Below, in pieces: positions 1 to 14,692 of a stretch of DNA of 64,000 nucleotides. Source of the DNA: Eledone cirrhosa (Eukaryota); contig OZ024742.1 in NCBI GenBank assembly GCA_964016885.1, positions 114,080,001 to 114,144,000 of the forward strand. Reading direction: 5' to 3'. Each line of letters starts with the position of its first letter. The stretch's first letter is position 1. Under the pieces are notes generated by a model. It made no database searches. It saw only the letters and a program-made list of their open reading frames with translations, and had not been told where the DNA came from. The translations under genes were made by a program, and so were the position numbers.

Positions 1-68
1 TACACACATACACACATACATATATAGTCATACACACACATACACACACACATATATATAAAATAAAG

Positions 69-99
<31 letters not shown>

Positions 100-646
100 C
101 ACATATACATAGACATATATGTACATACATACACACACACACATACATATACACACATATATATATATATACACACATAGACACATACATACATACACAC
201 ACCACATACATACACACACATATATACTCATACATAGACATAGATATATATTCATACATACATACGCACTTACATATACTCATATATACAAATACATACG
301 CATCCATATATGCGTGTATACATACAAAACCCACTACACTCTCACACAACTCAGACATACAAAGAAAAAGGTATATACATATACATATATACACACATTA
401 ATAGAGATACATATACACATATATATATATATATATACACATACATTTATATATATACACCCACACACACATACAACCACAAACACACATACAAACACAC
501 ACATACACACATATATACATACATATATATACACACACACAAAAAACACACATACACATATATATTTTTACACATATATATACATATATATACATATACA
601 CACCCTCACATATACACACATACACATAAGTTATATTATAATAATA

Positions 647-683
<37 letters not shown>

Positions 684-716
684 CGAACATAGACATATAT
701 ACACACATAGATATAC

Positions 717-754
<38 letters not shown>

Positions 755-1738
755 TCACATATATATGTGCGCACACGTACATATATACACATACACACAT
801 ATACACATAAACATATACAGGTGCATACATGTACATACACACATATACCCACATAGATACGAAGATAGACATATATATAGAGAGACATACATATATATAC
901 ACACATATATATATACACATACATACACACATATATATATATATATATACACACACACATACACGCCCACACACATATACACACATATACACATATATAT
1001 ATATATACATATACACATATATATACACATGCATATATATACATATATATATATATACACACATATATATACACACAATCTTACATTCTTATTTGCATGC
1101 GCATATATGTATTTTTATATTCAGATATAAATACCCAAACATATATACACCTACCTACATATATATTCATACATACACGCTTACAAACACAGATGATAAT
1201 AGTATGGGGGAAAGAGGGGGGGGGGGGTTGGAGAAGGGGTTTATAGTAAATATATGTTTCAAGAAACATAGAATATTATCTGTATCTGGATCCCAATATA
1301 TGTTTTTACATAGTTTCAGTGTTAGGAAATACAAGAAATAAGGCAAAATTATGCATTTCAAAATAAGTATACCATTAATTATATGTTAACTAAACTAAAG
1401 ATAGTTAACATATTGATTTCTAAGGTGTAAATTAGTTAGGTTTATAATATTTGCAGCAGAATTTTGAAGTTAAATAGTAGTAGAGTATTAAAGTTATTAA
1501 CGTTATGGTATCAATATTAGGAAATGAATTTAGTAATAGGGAAAAAACAAATAAAGTATTACATCGGTAGTAGAATATAAATTATAGGTTAACTAAATTA
1601 AAAATTATATATTAATTTCTATAGTATATGTTAATTAGGTATATAATAAATAAAACAGATATTGTATTTTATCAATAGCAGAATATAATTATATGCAAAT
1701 AGAAATCAAAATTAATACATATACATATACATATACAT

Positions 1739-1819
<81 letters not shown>

Positions 1820-2307
1820 TACATACACATACATATACATACATATACATATTTTTTCAAAAATTGCAAAGAATATATTAACTAGGTATACATCCAAAAC
1901 ACATCCCATTCTATGATTACATGACACTCTGCAATCCGTCTGTATAAGGATACTAATTTTGAGCCAATTAAATTAAATTTTTAGGTTGACTAAATTTAAA
2001 ACCAAATTATAAATATATTTCTAAAATGTATATTAATTAGGTCTATAATACTAACAATTACTTCTCTGTCATTGGATACACGATATTTTGTTATATTTTA
2101 TCTGTAAAGGAATTTTAATAAAAGGTTTAAATAAATTAAAATTAATCTATAAATTAAATTACTAAGTATATATTAGTAATATTTAAAGGTTTTTCACAAT
2201 TTATGATTACACAATATTTTATATTCTCATCTGTAGTAGAATTTTAATTAAATTAAATTTATAGGTTAACTAACATTTAAATTAAATTAATTTCTAAAAT
2301 AATGTTA

Positions 2308-3355
2308 TTAATTAGGTTTATAATATTTAAATGTTTTTTTTAGTTTATGATTACACGATATAATTAATTCCTGTCGTTTATTTAATAGGATATCCTTAGA
2401 TTTCATTATTTCAAATAGTTCTTGGGAACATAATCTACATTCATTTCTATTATTTTGATAAGGGGTGGCTCTTTTGAGCACACTCCAGGTCAAATCATAT
2501 TCTATATTCTTATTTTTATAACTATTGATTTTTTCTGCTAGAGATGTTGTATTAGCCGGTGCGGCATTTTTAAAACTATGCTTGTGGGTATTAAACCTTG
2601 TCTTAAAATTGTTAGAGGTAGCTCCTATATATGAGCAAATAGAATCTTTAGTTTTAACATTACATTTATAGACTATGTTGTTAACAAGACAATTCCCTTT
2701 TAATGGGCAGTTTGCTTTGTTTCTACAGTTACAACCTTTCGTTAATTCTGTATTTAAGGAGATATTATGGTTAATTTGATGTACTGGTGGTGTACTTATG
2801 GTTTTCTTACATTTATATGCATTATAGGCACTTATATTTTGTTTTATGTTATTTGTTGTTGAGTATGAGAATTTAACTGTAGACCTATTTAAGATTTGAT
2901 GGTATTTGTGGTTTGGCGGGAAGTTTTTCTCTAGGATATACAAACTTTTTTTAGCAATATTATCCTTAATTTGTAAATTAAATGGAGCATTATACCAAGT
3001 AACCCGTCTATTACGGTTTCTATGATGTTTATTATTTTTATTATTTTTATAGGTTGTATCGTGATGTTTACTAGGAGGATTAATGTTAATGATCTCACCA
3101 CAACCACTTTTAGTTATATTTGTAGATTTAGGTGTTTTATCTTTTTTATTAGGAGTTTTATTATTAATATTTATTAGAGTAGTATGATGAGTAGTTTTTT
3201 GAGAGTTACTATATTTTATATTAGAAGATTTGGTATTTTGGGGTATAGTGTGGGTGGCATTTAGGTGTGTACTTTTCATTTGGTGTTTGTTGGTAATATT
3301 AGGTTGTATGCTTTTAGTATTTTTAGTAGAAGGTATATATTCTAATCTATTTTTG
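2308..3355 (-). CDS. PLE polyprotein C-terminal part (linker, CxCx5C motif, GIY-YIG endonuclease), 5'-truncated
   Basis: RVTWYNAPF, CNCRNKANCPLKGNCL, VYKC...YIGAT, FKTRFNTHKHSF, CRLC..E, LLNKR..CNH. Nearly identical to the ORF ending at 33977; homology continues upstream of the ORF-track Met to ~3355. Confidence 0.9.
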
Positions 3356-3400
3356 TATATCTAATATGTATATGTATGTATGTATATGTATGTGTATGTA

Positions 3401-3471
<71 letters not shown>

Positions 3472-4243
3472 ATGTATATGTATATGTATATGTATTAATT
3501 TTGATTTCTATTTGCATATAATTATATTCTGCTATTGATAAAATACAATATTTGTTTTATTTATTATATACCTAATTAACATATACTATAGAAATTAATA
3601 TATAATTTTTAATTTAGTTAACCTATAATTTATATTCTACTACCGATGTAATACTTTATTTGTTTTTTCCCTATTACTAAATTCATTTCCTAATATTGAT
3701 ACCATAACGTTAATAACTTTAATACTCTACTACTATTTAACTTCAAAATTCTGCTTCAAATATTATAAACCTAACTAATTTACACCTTAGAAATCAATAT
3801 GTTAACTATCTTTAGTTTAGTTAACCTATAATTAATGGTATACTTATTTTGAAATGCATAATTTTGCCTTATTTCTTGTATTTCCTAACACTGAAACTAT
3901 GTAAAAACATATATTGGGATCCAGATACAGATAATATTCTATGTTTCTTGAAACATATATTTACTATAATCCCCTTCTCCAACCCCCCCTTTCCCCCATA
4001 CTATTATCATCTGTGTTTGTAAGCGTGTATGTATGAATATATATGTAGGTAGGTGTATATATGTTTGGGTATTTATATCTGAATATAAAAATACATATAT
4101 GCGCATGCAAATAAGAATGTAAGATTGTGTGTATATATATGTGTGTATATATATATATATGTATATATATGCATGTGTATATATATGTGTATATGTATAT
4201 ATATATATATGTGTATATGTGTGTATATGTGTGTGGGCTTGTA

Positions 4244-4274
<31 letters not shown>

Positions 4275-4450
4275 GTGTGTATGTATGTGTATATATATAT
4301 GTGTGTATATATATGTATGTTTCTCTATATATATGTCTATCGTCGTATCTATGTGGGTATATGTGTGTATGTACATGTATGCACATGTATATGTTTATGT
4401 GTATATGTGTGTATGTGTATATATGTACGTGTGCGCACATATATATGTGA

Positions 4451-4486
<36 letters not shown>

Positions 4487-4519
4487 GTATATCTATGTGT
4501 CTATATATGTCTATGTTCG

Positions 4520-4558
<39 letters not shown>

Positions 4559-5111
4559 TATTATTATAATATAACTTATGTGTATGTGTGTATATGTGAG
4601 GGTGTGTATATGTATATATATGTATATATATGTGTAAAAATATATATGTGTATGTGTGTTTTTTGTGTGTGTGTATATATATGTATGTATATATGTGTGT
4701 ATGTGTGTGTTTGTATGTGTGTTTGTGGTTGTATGTGTGTGTGGGTGTATATATATAAATGTATGTGTATATATATATATATATGTGTATATGTATCTCT
4801 ATTAATGTGTGTATATATGTATATGTATATACCTTTTTCTTTGTATGTCTGAGTTGTGTGAGAGTGTAGTGGGTTTTGTATGTATATACGCATATATGGA
4901 TGCGTATGTATTTGTATATATGAGTATATGTAAGTGCGTATGTATGTATGAATATATATATATGTCTATGTATGAGTATATATGTGTGTGTATGTATGTT
5001 GTGTGTGTATGTGTGTATGTATGTATGTGTCTATGTGTGTATATATATATATATATGTGTATATGTATGTGTGTGTGTGTATGTATGTACATATATGTCT
5101 ATGTATATGTG

Positions 5112-5142
<31 letters not shown>

Positions 5143-5663
5143 CTTTATTTTATATATATGTGTGTGTGTGTATGTGTGTGTGTGTGTATATATCTTTATA
5201 TATGTGTATGTGTATGTTCGTGTAGGTGTATGTGTGTGTATGACTATACATGTATGTGTGTATGTGTGTATGTATGTATATGTATGTGTGTGTACATGTA
5301 TGTATGTGTATGTATATATATGTGTGTATATGTGTTTGTATATATATAAATATATATGTGTGTATATATGTATATATATATGTATATGTATCTCTATTTA
5401 TATGTGTATATGTGTATAGGTATATACCTTTTTCTTTGTATGTCTGAGTTGTGTGAGAGTGTAGTAGTGTTTGTATGTATATACCGATATATGGATGCGT
5501 AAGTATTTGTGTGTATGTATGTATGTATGTCTGTATGTATTTGTGTGTATATATAGGTATGTATGTGTATATCTGTATGTATATAAGTATGTATGTGTAT
5601 GTATATGTGCGTGTATGTGTATATATATGTGTGTCTATATATGTATGTGTGATTATATGTGTA

Positions 5664-5706
<43 letters not shown>

Positions 5707-5788
5707 GTATGTGTATATATGTGTGTATGTGTGTATATGTATATGTTTATATATGTGTGTGTATGTGTGTTCTAAGTGTAGATGTGTG

Positions 5789-5837
<49 letters not shown>

Positions 5838-6480
5838 ATATATATATATATATATATTTTTTCTTGATATATTTCTTTTTTCTTTTTTCTTTTTCTTTTC
5901 TTTCCTTTTTAATTTTTATTTTTTATTTCTTAGTTTATAGATACATCTATAAATAAGCAGTCTGCCCAAACCGTTGAATACTGACCTCTCCCCCCCTCCC
6001 ACCTAATTTCTGTATCTTGATCTAGATGTGTGTGGCAGTGTTTATGTGAGTGAATTAATATCCATGTGCTTATGATAATATTATATCCACATATATATAT
6101 GTGTGTGGGTGTGTGTGTGTGTGTGTATGTTCGTAATTATGTGTATGTTTATGCATATACGGGCGCGTGTGTGTGAGTGTACGGATATGTGTGAGTATGA
6201 GAATATGTGTATACACTTATTTCATATTTATGTGTCTATACGCATCTTATCTGTGCATTATAAACTTACAGAGACATTAACCTTGAAATTTTGTATTTGC
6301 ATGCATCTTTTTGGCATGCGTATGCATGTTGAGCATACATCTTTGTATAAATATGTGTACGGGGTAGTTACATGTATATACACACACCAAACTGCATAAA
6401 AGCTTTTGTATTTTCATTGGTCAATTTTGTTCCCAAACGGACCTGAAATTTTGAATTGTTGTTATTATCAATAAATATAT

Positions 6481-6635
6481 TTCATTATTTCTGAAGACGG
6501 CGTATATGTGTGTTTGGTATGTATATTTAATCTTGATAGTTTGTATAATTTTGTATAATTTTGTACATAGATCTGTTGAATATGCATGCCAATTCTAACA
6601 CATATATATCCTAGAAACGATCGTTAAATAATGAA
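6481..6635 (+). ncRNA. Type I hammerhead ribozyme with long stem II insert (family 1 pLTR)
   Basis: TTCATTATTT-CTGAAGA-(116 nt)-GAAAC-GATC-GTT-AAATAATGAA; 10-bp stem I and palindromic stem III loop. Confidence 0.75.
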
Positions 6636-6829
6636 CTTTTTTTGTTTAATATAAGGAACTGTTTCATTGTTTTATTCATTATTTGTTTAATATTTTATCT
6701 TGACTCTGTATACCGTTTATCTTTCACCGAAAGTGATTTTTCATTACATCTCTTCTTTCCATGATATCCGGAATACATTGAGTTCTTCATACGGATTGGA
6801 CACTACCGTAAACTCTTGGTAGATTTATC

Positions 6830-6885
<56 letters not shown>

Positions 6886-7039
6886 CACACGTACATATAT
6901 ATTATAAGAACTTTTAAATATATTATGATTTAGATATATTAATATATAAAAAATATTAAATATATAAAATATTTGAGCAGATAGGATCATTTTGAAGATT
7001 AATAGGAATATTATAAGTATATTATAAGTATATTATAAG

Positions 7040-8850
7040 TTACATATAGTTCTGAATGTAGAATTTTGGCGATGTCTGCAAGTAAATATTTCTGTTCTGA
7101 AGTTAATGGAGTTTTTATAATTAATTATATAGAAAATGTCTTCAATACAGGATTTACAGAATCTCGATAAGGCCGTCTTTCGGTAAGCAGGTGCCTCGAA
7201 ATCATTTTCCAAGATAATTAATAGTATATATTCTTGCTTTTTAAGTTCAATATAAGATGTGAGAGGGGAGTAGAAGATGTTTTGTCAGATCTTCTAAAAG
7301 AATGATTGTGTTTAATCCAGCGAAGTTTAAATTCTGTAGAAGTGGCACCGACATAGTTGAATATATTATCACTAGTTTTAACTGTACATTTATAAACTAT
7401 GTTTTTATCTAAACACTTATTTTGTAAAGGGCAATTTGATTTGATACTACAGTTAAATTTTACGGAGTTGTTGTTGCTCGGAACGGTACTATTACGTTGG
7501 ATATTGCTAGAAATATTATTATTGTTATTATGGTTTATTTGGTTAGGGTTTACATTTAAGTTTTTATTATTAATTCTATTTATATTTTGTGCTATGTTCA
7601 TAGTAGTAGAGTAGGATAGTTTTATAGTATGTTTGTTAAAGATTGAGTGGTATATGTGGGTCTGAGGAACATATGTGTCTAGTGTTTTAAAGAATAGCTT
7701 TGCTAAAGGTATTTTAACGCTTAATGAGCAAGGGGGTGAGTACCAAATAATATTTCTAGTTCTATTTCTTTTGTTTGTTTTAGAGTTTATGTTAAATTGT
7801 TCATTCTTATTATAATTAATAGTAGGGTGATTTGCCTCGTCATTGTTGTAAATTTATTTAATTCTATTCGTATACCCTACTCTATTTAAAGCTTCATTAT
7901 ATTATTCAGCCTTATCCTCAAAATATTTTTATTAGCAGAGATGCGTGAAAACCGTTGCTGGACGCTATTGACAATAGTGTTTTAATAGATCTAGGATGAT
8001 AAGAGTTAAAACTTACGTAATTTCGATTTTCATTAATTTTATGGAATGGATAGTAGAGCCCTGTGCTAATGTTTAATGTTACGTCTAAAAAGTTAATAAT
8101 TTTATAGTTATTCTCTATTTCTAACTTAAGGTTATAATTATTGAAGAATTGTATCATGGATTTTCTTTTCCTATTAATTTCACAATTACTAGGATTTTCA
8201 ATTAAAAGTAGCATATCATCACGTTATAAACCACCGGTTATCTCTGGCATTTTTCTATGCAGTGTATTATTAAAAAATAAGCCCACAAAAGCCGTTATTT
8301 GCGCCGAGTCAGATGATCTCATGGTGATAACAAAATTATTTTTTCTATCGGCTCTTGTCCAGAGATGATTGTTGAATTCAATTAAAGTTTTCCGTGCAGT
8401 TAAAATGATATGCATTTCTTCACTAGATAAATATGTATGTTTAGATGCATAGATAAGAGCCCTATTAAGTAAACTAGGAGTAATAGAGGAGTAGTAATTT
8501 ACAATATCCATTTCAATACATTTTTTGTTATGTTTAAATGTTATGTTATTGAACCAATCTTTAACCTCATTAGTATCGTTCCATAGTTTTAGGTGTGATT
8601 TTTCTTTAAGTTCGGTATGATTCTATCTAATATATGTTTACTAATTATGCCTAAGTCTGATTTAGATGGTGCTGTAAGTTTAACTGGTAGTTATATTTCA
8701 AAGTTTCTTTTGTGGTATTTTAGGTTAATGTTCGGTCTTCCAGGTATAAAGCGTTCAGTCTTATTTTGGATGCCTAATTAATGAATTGTTTCGGAATCTT
8801 CTCTATTTAACGTAGCAATATCTTCATTAGTTGTTATTCTGAGGTTTTCT
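7040..8850 (-). pseudogene. Decayed PLE family 2 (RT plus GIY-YIG) with stops and frameshifts
   Basis: ORF pieces MDIVNYYSSI, MRSSDSAQITAFVGLF, GGL*RDDMLLL (YRDD with a stop), INFLDVTLN, CPLQNKCLDKNIVYKC...YVGAT..FKLRWIKH, terminal TCRHR. Confidence 0.88.
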
Positions 8851-8863
8851 CTGAGTTCCTTCA

Positions 8864-8950
8864 GGGGTTTGAACTCAGATCGTAAAGGGCCGCAATTCTA
8901 TGCTACGAAGTATGGCATACGAACCTCTACCGATAATGCCAATCCATCAC
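8864..8950 (-). mobile_element. 5' fragment of octopus-type tRNA-derived SINE
   Basis: Matches the 5' head of the SINE at 50359-50538 (TTTGAACTCAGATCGTAAAGGG...CTCTACCGATA.TGCCAAT). Confidence 0.75.
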
Positions 8951-9107
8951 GAGCAAATAATGATTATTTAAGTCATACAATATGAGGGATTGATTATATA
9001 CATGTGTGTATATCTCTGTCTCTCTATCTTTTTTTCTCGCTCTCTCTCTCTCATATATATAATATATGCATATATATAATATATATATATATTTATGTAT
9101 ATATATA

Positions 9108-9439
<332 letters not shown>

Positions 9440-9440
<1 letters not shown>

Positions 9441-10230
9441 GTAGGTCCCGGGTTGATTCGGGGATATCCACAGTAAGTAAGGTACTCAATACATGGCAGA
9501 GTAAATGTTTTTTATTTTATAGAAGGAGCTTCTACAGGACTAGTACTGTTTCATTCAGATGAAATTTTCAGGAAGCTGGGTGTCATATTAAGTTCTGGTA
9601 TTTATACATTTAGGTAGTGGTAAGGGAGGGGTGGTGGGATGGGGGAGGTTTGGGGTGGGATGGTATTTAGGTACACAGGAACACTCCAGGGCACAGACCG
9701 TTTTTTCTTTGGGGAGTGGTCAATTAGCCAGAGTGCTTTTTTGAAATAAATAAATAAGTAAATAAATAAATAAATGAATAAATGAATAAATAAATAAGTA
9801 AATGAATAAATAAATGAATACATATTACCAACCCACCTAAATTTCCCTACTATATATCTGTTGAATTACTATTCTTGAGGTTTTTATTTATTTATTTTTT
9901 TATTTTTTTTTTTATTTTTTTATTTATATTATTCATTTATTCTTTTATCTATTTAATCATTTATTTATTTATTTACTTATTTATTTATTTCAAAAAAGCA
10001 CTCTGGCTAATTGACCACTCCCCAAAGAAAAAACGGCCTGTGCCATGAAGTGGTCCTGTGTACCTAAATACCCCCACCCCCACCCCCACCCCACCCCCAT
10101 TCCACCACCCCTCCCTTACCACTACCTAAATGTATAAATACCAGAACTTAATATGACACCCAGCTTCCTGAAGATTTCATCTGAATGAAACAGTACTAGT
10201 CCTGTAGAAGCTCCTTCTATAAAATAAAGA

Positions 10231-10233
<3 letters not shown>
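9440..10233. mobile_element. Non-autonomous fold-back element (PLE pLTR derivative) with an HHR in each arm
   Basis: ~9505-9770 is the reverse complement of ~9960-10233; extra tail at 9440-9505; related copies at 42991-43185 and 60555-60700; flanked by (TA)n. Confidence 0.8.
10162..10212 (+). ncRNA. Type I hammerhead ribozyme
   Basis: AGCTTC-CTGAAGA-tTTCAtcTGAAt-GAAAC-AG-tactagtc-CT-GTA-GAAGCT. The mirror copy at 9527-9577(-) has the core mutated to CTGAAAA. Confidence 0.8.
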
Positions 10234-10307
<74 letters not shown>

Positions 10308-10519
10308 CGTTTCTGAATTTGTTTAGCAAGATTCTTTATCTGAAATCGTGTGTTGAAACCGATATTGTTATACTTTGGGAGGGTCATGTTGCCAATAAGA
10401 AACACACGCACCAGATGCATTCACTTCAATTTATTATATATTTATAAATTTACAAATTTATAAATTTATAAATTTCTGGTTGGTTGGTTGGTTCCACAAC
10501 CAGATAGTTGTTTATATAT

Positions 10520-10564
10520 AGTCATAGTCCTTTCGTCACACACTCTGTGACCTCTTCAGTGACT
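10520..10564 (-). ncRNA. Minimal type I hammerhead-like motif
   Basis: Minus strand: AGTCA-CTGAAGA-gGTCAC-agagtgt-GTGAC-GAAAG-ga-CTA-TGACT. Confidence 0.65.
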
Positions 10565-11353
10565 GGGGATTCCTTTCTTTGTCTCCGTGCCTCTCCTTTG
10601 TTCTGTCCTACGCAATTTTTGTTTCTGTGTGTATCACACATTTTGTTTCTGTGGACACACACAGAAACAAAATGGCGCAAATATATCCAATTGAACAATT
10701 CGAAAACACACACGCGCTCATACATACTCACACTCACATGCACAAATACACACATACACACACTCACTCACACATACATATATGCATATATATATATAAG
10801 TAAAAATTAGCGATAATCGAATTTCAGCCCATGAAATAACGAAAAAACACTTTCGAATTGTGAGGCAAGCGCTCTATAATTCAAATGAATTAGAGCTTAC
10901 AACTTACGTTAAATCCTAAACACACTGAGATGGTGGTTAAACTAATTATCCTCACAGCGAAGATTCGATCTCCTATTTCGGGTCAAACAGATATACTGAT
11001 ATAAAACTATATGAAAGCATAAATGTTTCATACTCACCCGGACGCCTGAAATGATGGAAAGTCCAGTGTTGGGGTTTCTGCGGCTACATAAGTCATTTAC
11101 TGTCCACTTACATAAAGTGTGTTAAGTTTCTCGTATCCTAACTATACAAGGAGTACGCGTTATCAACGGAATTCAGTTCGAAAGACGACATAGATGTGTC
11201 TGTAACTGACACCACGTGGGGTTCAGCAAGGGAGGCAACACCTAAATTAGGCAGATGAATTCGTCTGTGTATAATATTGCGAAAATGCAAAATATCACAA
11301 ATCGAATGAAGCTCTCGACAGAGTGGTTAAATATAACAAAACTATTCGGCAGT

Positions 11354-11475
<122 letters not shown>

Positions 11476-11569
11476 CAGTGCCTGATATCAGTGACTGATA
11501 CAGTGGTGAAACGGTTGGGCATAAATCATCAGGCGTATGGTCTTTATAGGAATGAGATCACAGATTTGC

Positions 11570-11713
11570 AACACATAGCTGGGGCCCTTTACGAGGTGAG
11601 TTCGAATGCTGCTGAGGTGACATTTGCCTTTCATCCTTACCGGGTCGATAAAATAAAGCACCAGTAATACAATGGGATAATTGATGGCATTCTGCCAACA
11701 GTAGAAACAATTA
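11570..11713 (+). mobile_element. Octopus-type SINE, diverged
   Basis: GAGTTCGAATGCTGCTGAGGTGACATTTGCCTTTCATCCTTACCGGGTCGATAAAATAAAGCACCAG...GTAGAAACAATTA. Confidence 0.8.
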
Positions 11714-12789
11714 ATTGACTCAGATGACTTGTTGACGTCTAGGGGAAAGAGGCCATACGTCTAAAATATATGTAGATAAATTGTTTAAGGGAGGCGATCC
11801 TTATTTAAAAATGCAGACGTCTGATTTTGCACGTGTGTATATGTCTAGCGAACGCGCTGAGACTCATTTTCAGAAGCTCGTGCACTGGCCTTGGACACAG
11901 CGTTTCTTTTCTGTCTGCGGACGCGCCGATCAGCCGTTGCAGCAGCGCGTGCAGCGGCCGTGGACATTGCGTTTTTATTTCGTCTTATTTCGGCATTTTG
12001 TAGTGGCCCACTTGCTCGTCAATTTGTCATACTTCTGCCTCGCGTTGTTTTCCGACCAATGTTGTTACTCTACTTCGGAGTCATTATCTAAAGAGTAGTA
12101 TAAGCACATGTGGAATAGCACCCATGAAATAGATTAATGCAGAGAAGAGTATAGGCGGATTATACAAAGTAACATTTATCGCAGACTTGAAAAGTTAAAG
12201 AATTATCGTTGACACCCGGTCAATAGTGTGTACCGAGATGAACGGAGTCCAAATAGGAATAAAACCTTATTAGAAATTCATGAGCTGGCGAGTTTCTTGA
12301 AAATCGGTCGTAGTGTGTAGCAAATGGCGAAATGTTGAGTGAATCGTATATAATTGTATATATATACAGATATATATAAAATAGAGAGGGAGATTATATA
12401 TATATATAATAGAGAGAAAGCGAGAGAATTAACATGCAGATCGATGTAGGAGTGTAGATATTAAGTCATGTCGTCTGCTGAGTTAACGGCGAAAGTTTAT
12501 ATGGATTGATGATTTCTACATTCGTTCTTTTTCATTAGTAGTGTCTCATGAAAGAATGGTGTTGATGTTTCTTAAGATGATTTTACTTAAATATTTTTTT
12601 TAATGTATTTTTAGCTCGTAGAGCGACCAAGAAGTCATTTGTCACTGTGTGGCAATTGTTTTAACCGATTAGAGTAACTATCAACGGGAAATAATTCCTT
12701 CTGTCCTGTTTCTTAGGTATAAAGTTTTACTTCCATTTAATTTGTTTTAACTAAGATTTTGTGTATTTGGTTGACTTACTTTTGAATAT

Positions 12790-12950
12790 TTAATCACTAC
12801 GGAATAAAAAAAAAAATGATACGGTGATATATAGAATACACTCCCCGATGACTAAACTATGAGCCTGTAAAGTTTCATGAAAATCGGTCGCAAGATGTAG
12901 GCCCCTATAGGTAAAACACAGACACACACACACATACTTAATTTTATATA
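12790..12950 (-). mobile_element. Probable non-autonomous Helitron-like repeat, 5' part
   Basis: Minus strand TATATAAAATTAAGTATGTGTGTGTGTCTGTG...GACCGATTTTCATGAAACTTT; same style as 27055-27983; related fragment at ~12290-12320. Confidence 0.4.
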
Positions 12951-12979
12951 TATATATATATATAAACACACACACACAT

Positions 12980-13035
<56 letters not shown>

Positions 13036-13087
13036 ATGTGTGTGTTTGTATGCGTGTGCATGTGCGTGCCTGTGTGTATGTGTTGGA

Positions 13088-13118
<31 letters not shown>

Positions 13119-13783
13119 ATATCATACTGGTTTTTACTATAGCTGTGACAAGGGGAATTACTGAAAGAAATGTGATTTAATTCATTAATATTTATACGAA
13201 ATTATGTTACGTATGTCATACAATGTGGAGTTGAATATTCTCAAATATATTTTCTATTTCTTTGAGGAAATTATTGCTCATACATCACCCGAAATTAATT
13301 TCAAAATATACATATTCATAAACACATAGATGAATATTTGTGCGTTAGATTTTAAGTTACATTTCCGTGAGAATTAGTCTGTGTAAACTTACTTTTATAT
13401 TATTGAGTTAATAACACTTTCTCATTATTATTTCTTATACATATGTAATTTTGAACAAGTATATACTGATGAACAACAGTATTTTTTAACTATCTATCTA
13501 TCTATCCATCTCTCTATCTATCCATCTATATATCTGTCTATATGTCTATCTATCTATATCTATACCTATATGTTTTATCTATATAAAGCTAGGCATCGTG
13601 TGTATGTATCCTACACACCTCCCAATAGTTTCTTAGCTTTACTCTCTTCTTCGCTCCTCCTTCTCTCTATAATAGATCATTCCCCCTCTCTATAATTTAA
13701 CTGCTTTATTCTCTATGTCGCTTTTCCCTATCTATATGACAACACTGTTTTAGTTTCCGTATCCCCCTTCAATATATACACAT

Positions 13784-13820
<37 letters not shown>

Positions 13821-14150
13821 AAGAGAGAGATTTAGATAATTATTAGAAAAACAACACACACACATCTACAGATAGACACAGAAAAAAAGAGGAAGGGGAT
13901 TAGAGAGAGATAGGCCCTTAGACGGAGAGAGATACAATTAAAGTGTTAGTTATTCAGAGAGAGAGAGTGAGAGAGAGAGACATAGAGAGACAGAGGGACG
14001 AACAAGTGACCGGTTTTCCAATGACGTTAAATCAAGTATCGGCATTAAAATAATTTTGAAATGAAAACAATGTGTATGATCAAATGTAGAGGTGATGAAA
14101 AAAAAACCTTCATTTCCGTTGTATATCTTTCCTCTGTCGTCGCTCGCACA

Positions 14151-14268
<118 letters not shown>

Positions 14269-14407
14269 AAATACACACATACACATACTTTCATACCTGA
14301 TTTCGCCAATTGCCGGATAACGTCAAAATAAAACACACAAACACACACGTGCACATACACACATGCGCTAACACACATACACATACACAAACACACACAC
14401 ACATATA

Positions 14408-14610
14408 TCTATATTTATAAAGCACACGGTCGTATATATGTATGTATATATGCATATTAACAACACAGCTTAACTAATTTCTACGGTAGCTCCTCCCCTT
14501 TCCTACGAAGTCGGAAGGAGAATGTGACACGGGAGAGTGTGTGGTATATTTGCAGTGGAGTGGTGGGGGCAGGTATAATTAGCCGGGCGCCAGTCGGACG
14601 GGTCAACTAG
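14408..14610 (+). mobile_element. Short non-autonomous Helitron (~200 bp)
   Basis: A|TCTATATTTATAAAGC 5' end; GC-rich subterminal segment, then CTAG|T 3' end. A similar 5' end occurs at ~13578. Confidence 0.6.
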
Positions 14611-14655
14611 TGTACACACACACCCACACACACTAATATACACACACACACACAT

Positions 14656-14689
<34 letters not shown>

Positions 14690-14692
<3 letters not shown>

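Larger units (their letters stand above)
1..6833 (-). mobile_element. Penelope-like retroelement family 1, copy a: 5'-truncated EN region plus long 3' UTR (running off the window start), with an inverted copy of the 3' UTR/pLTR at ~3363-6833
   Basis: GIY-YIG ORF at 2308-3279(-). 1-1854 is the reverse complement of ~3363-5270. The inverted arm ends in GTAGATTTATCTACA+(TA)n, the same terminus as at ~26112 and ~36188. Confidence 0.9.

Noticed and set aside
13460-13490. CTGATGA here, and similar boxes at ~42535, ~59085 and ~61030
   Set aside because: No GAAA/UH partner or closing stems; chance matches.
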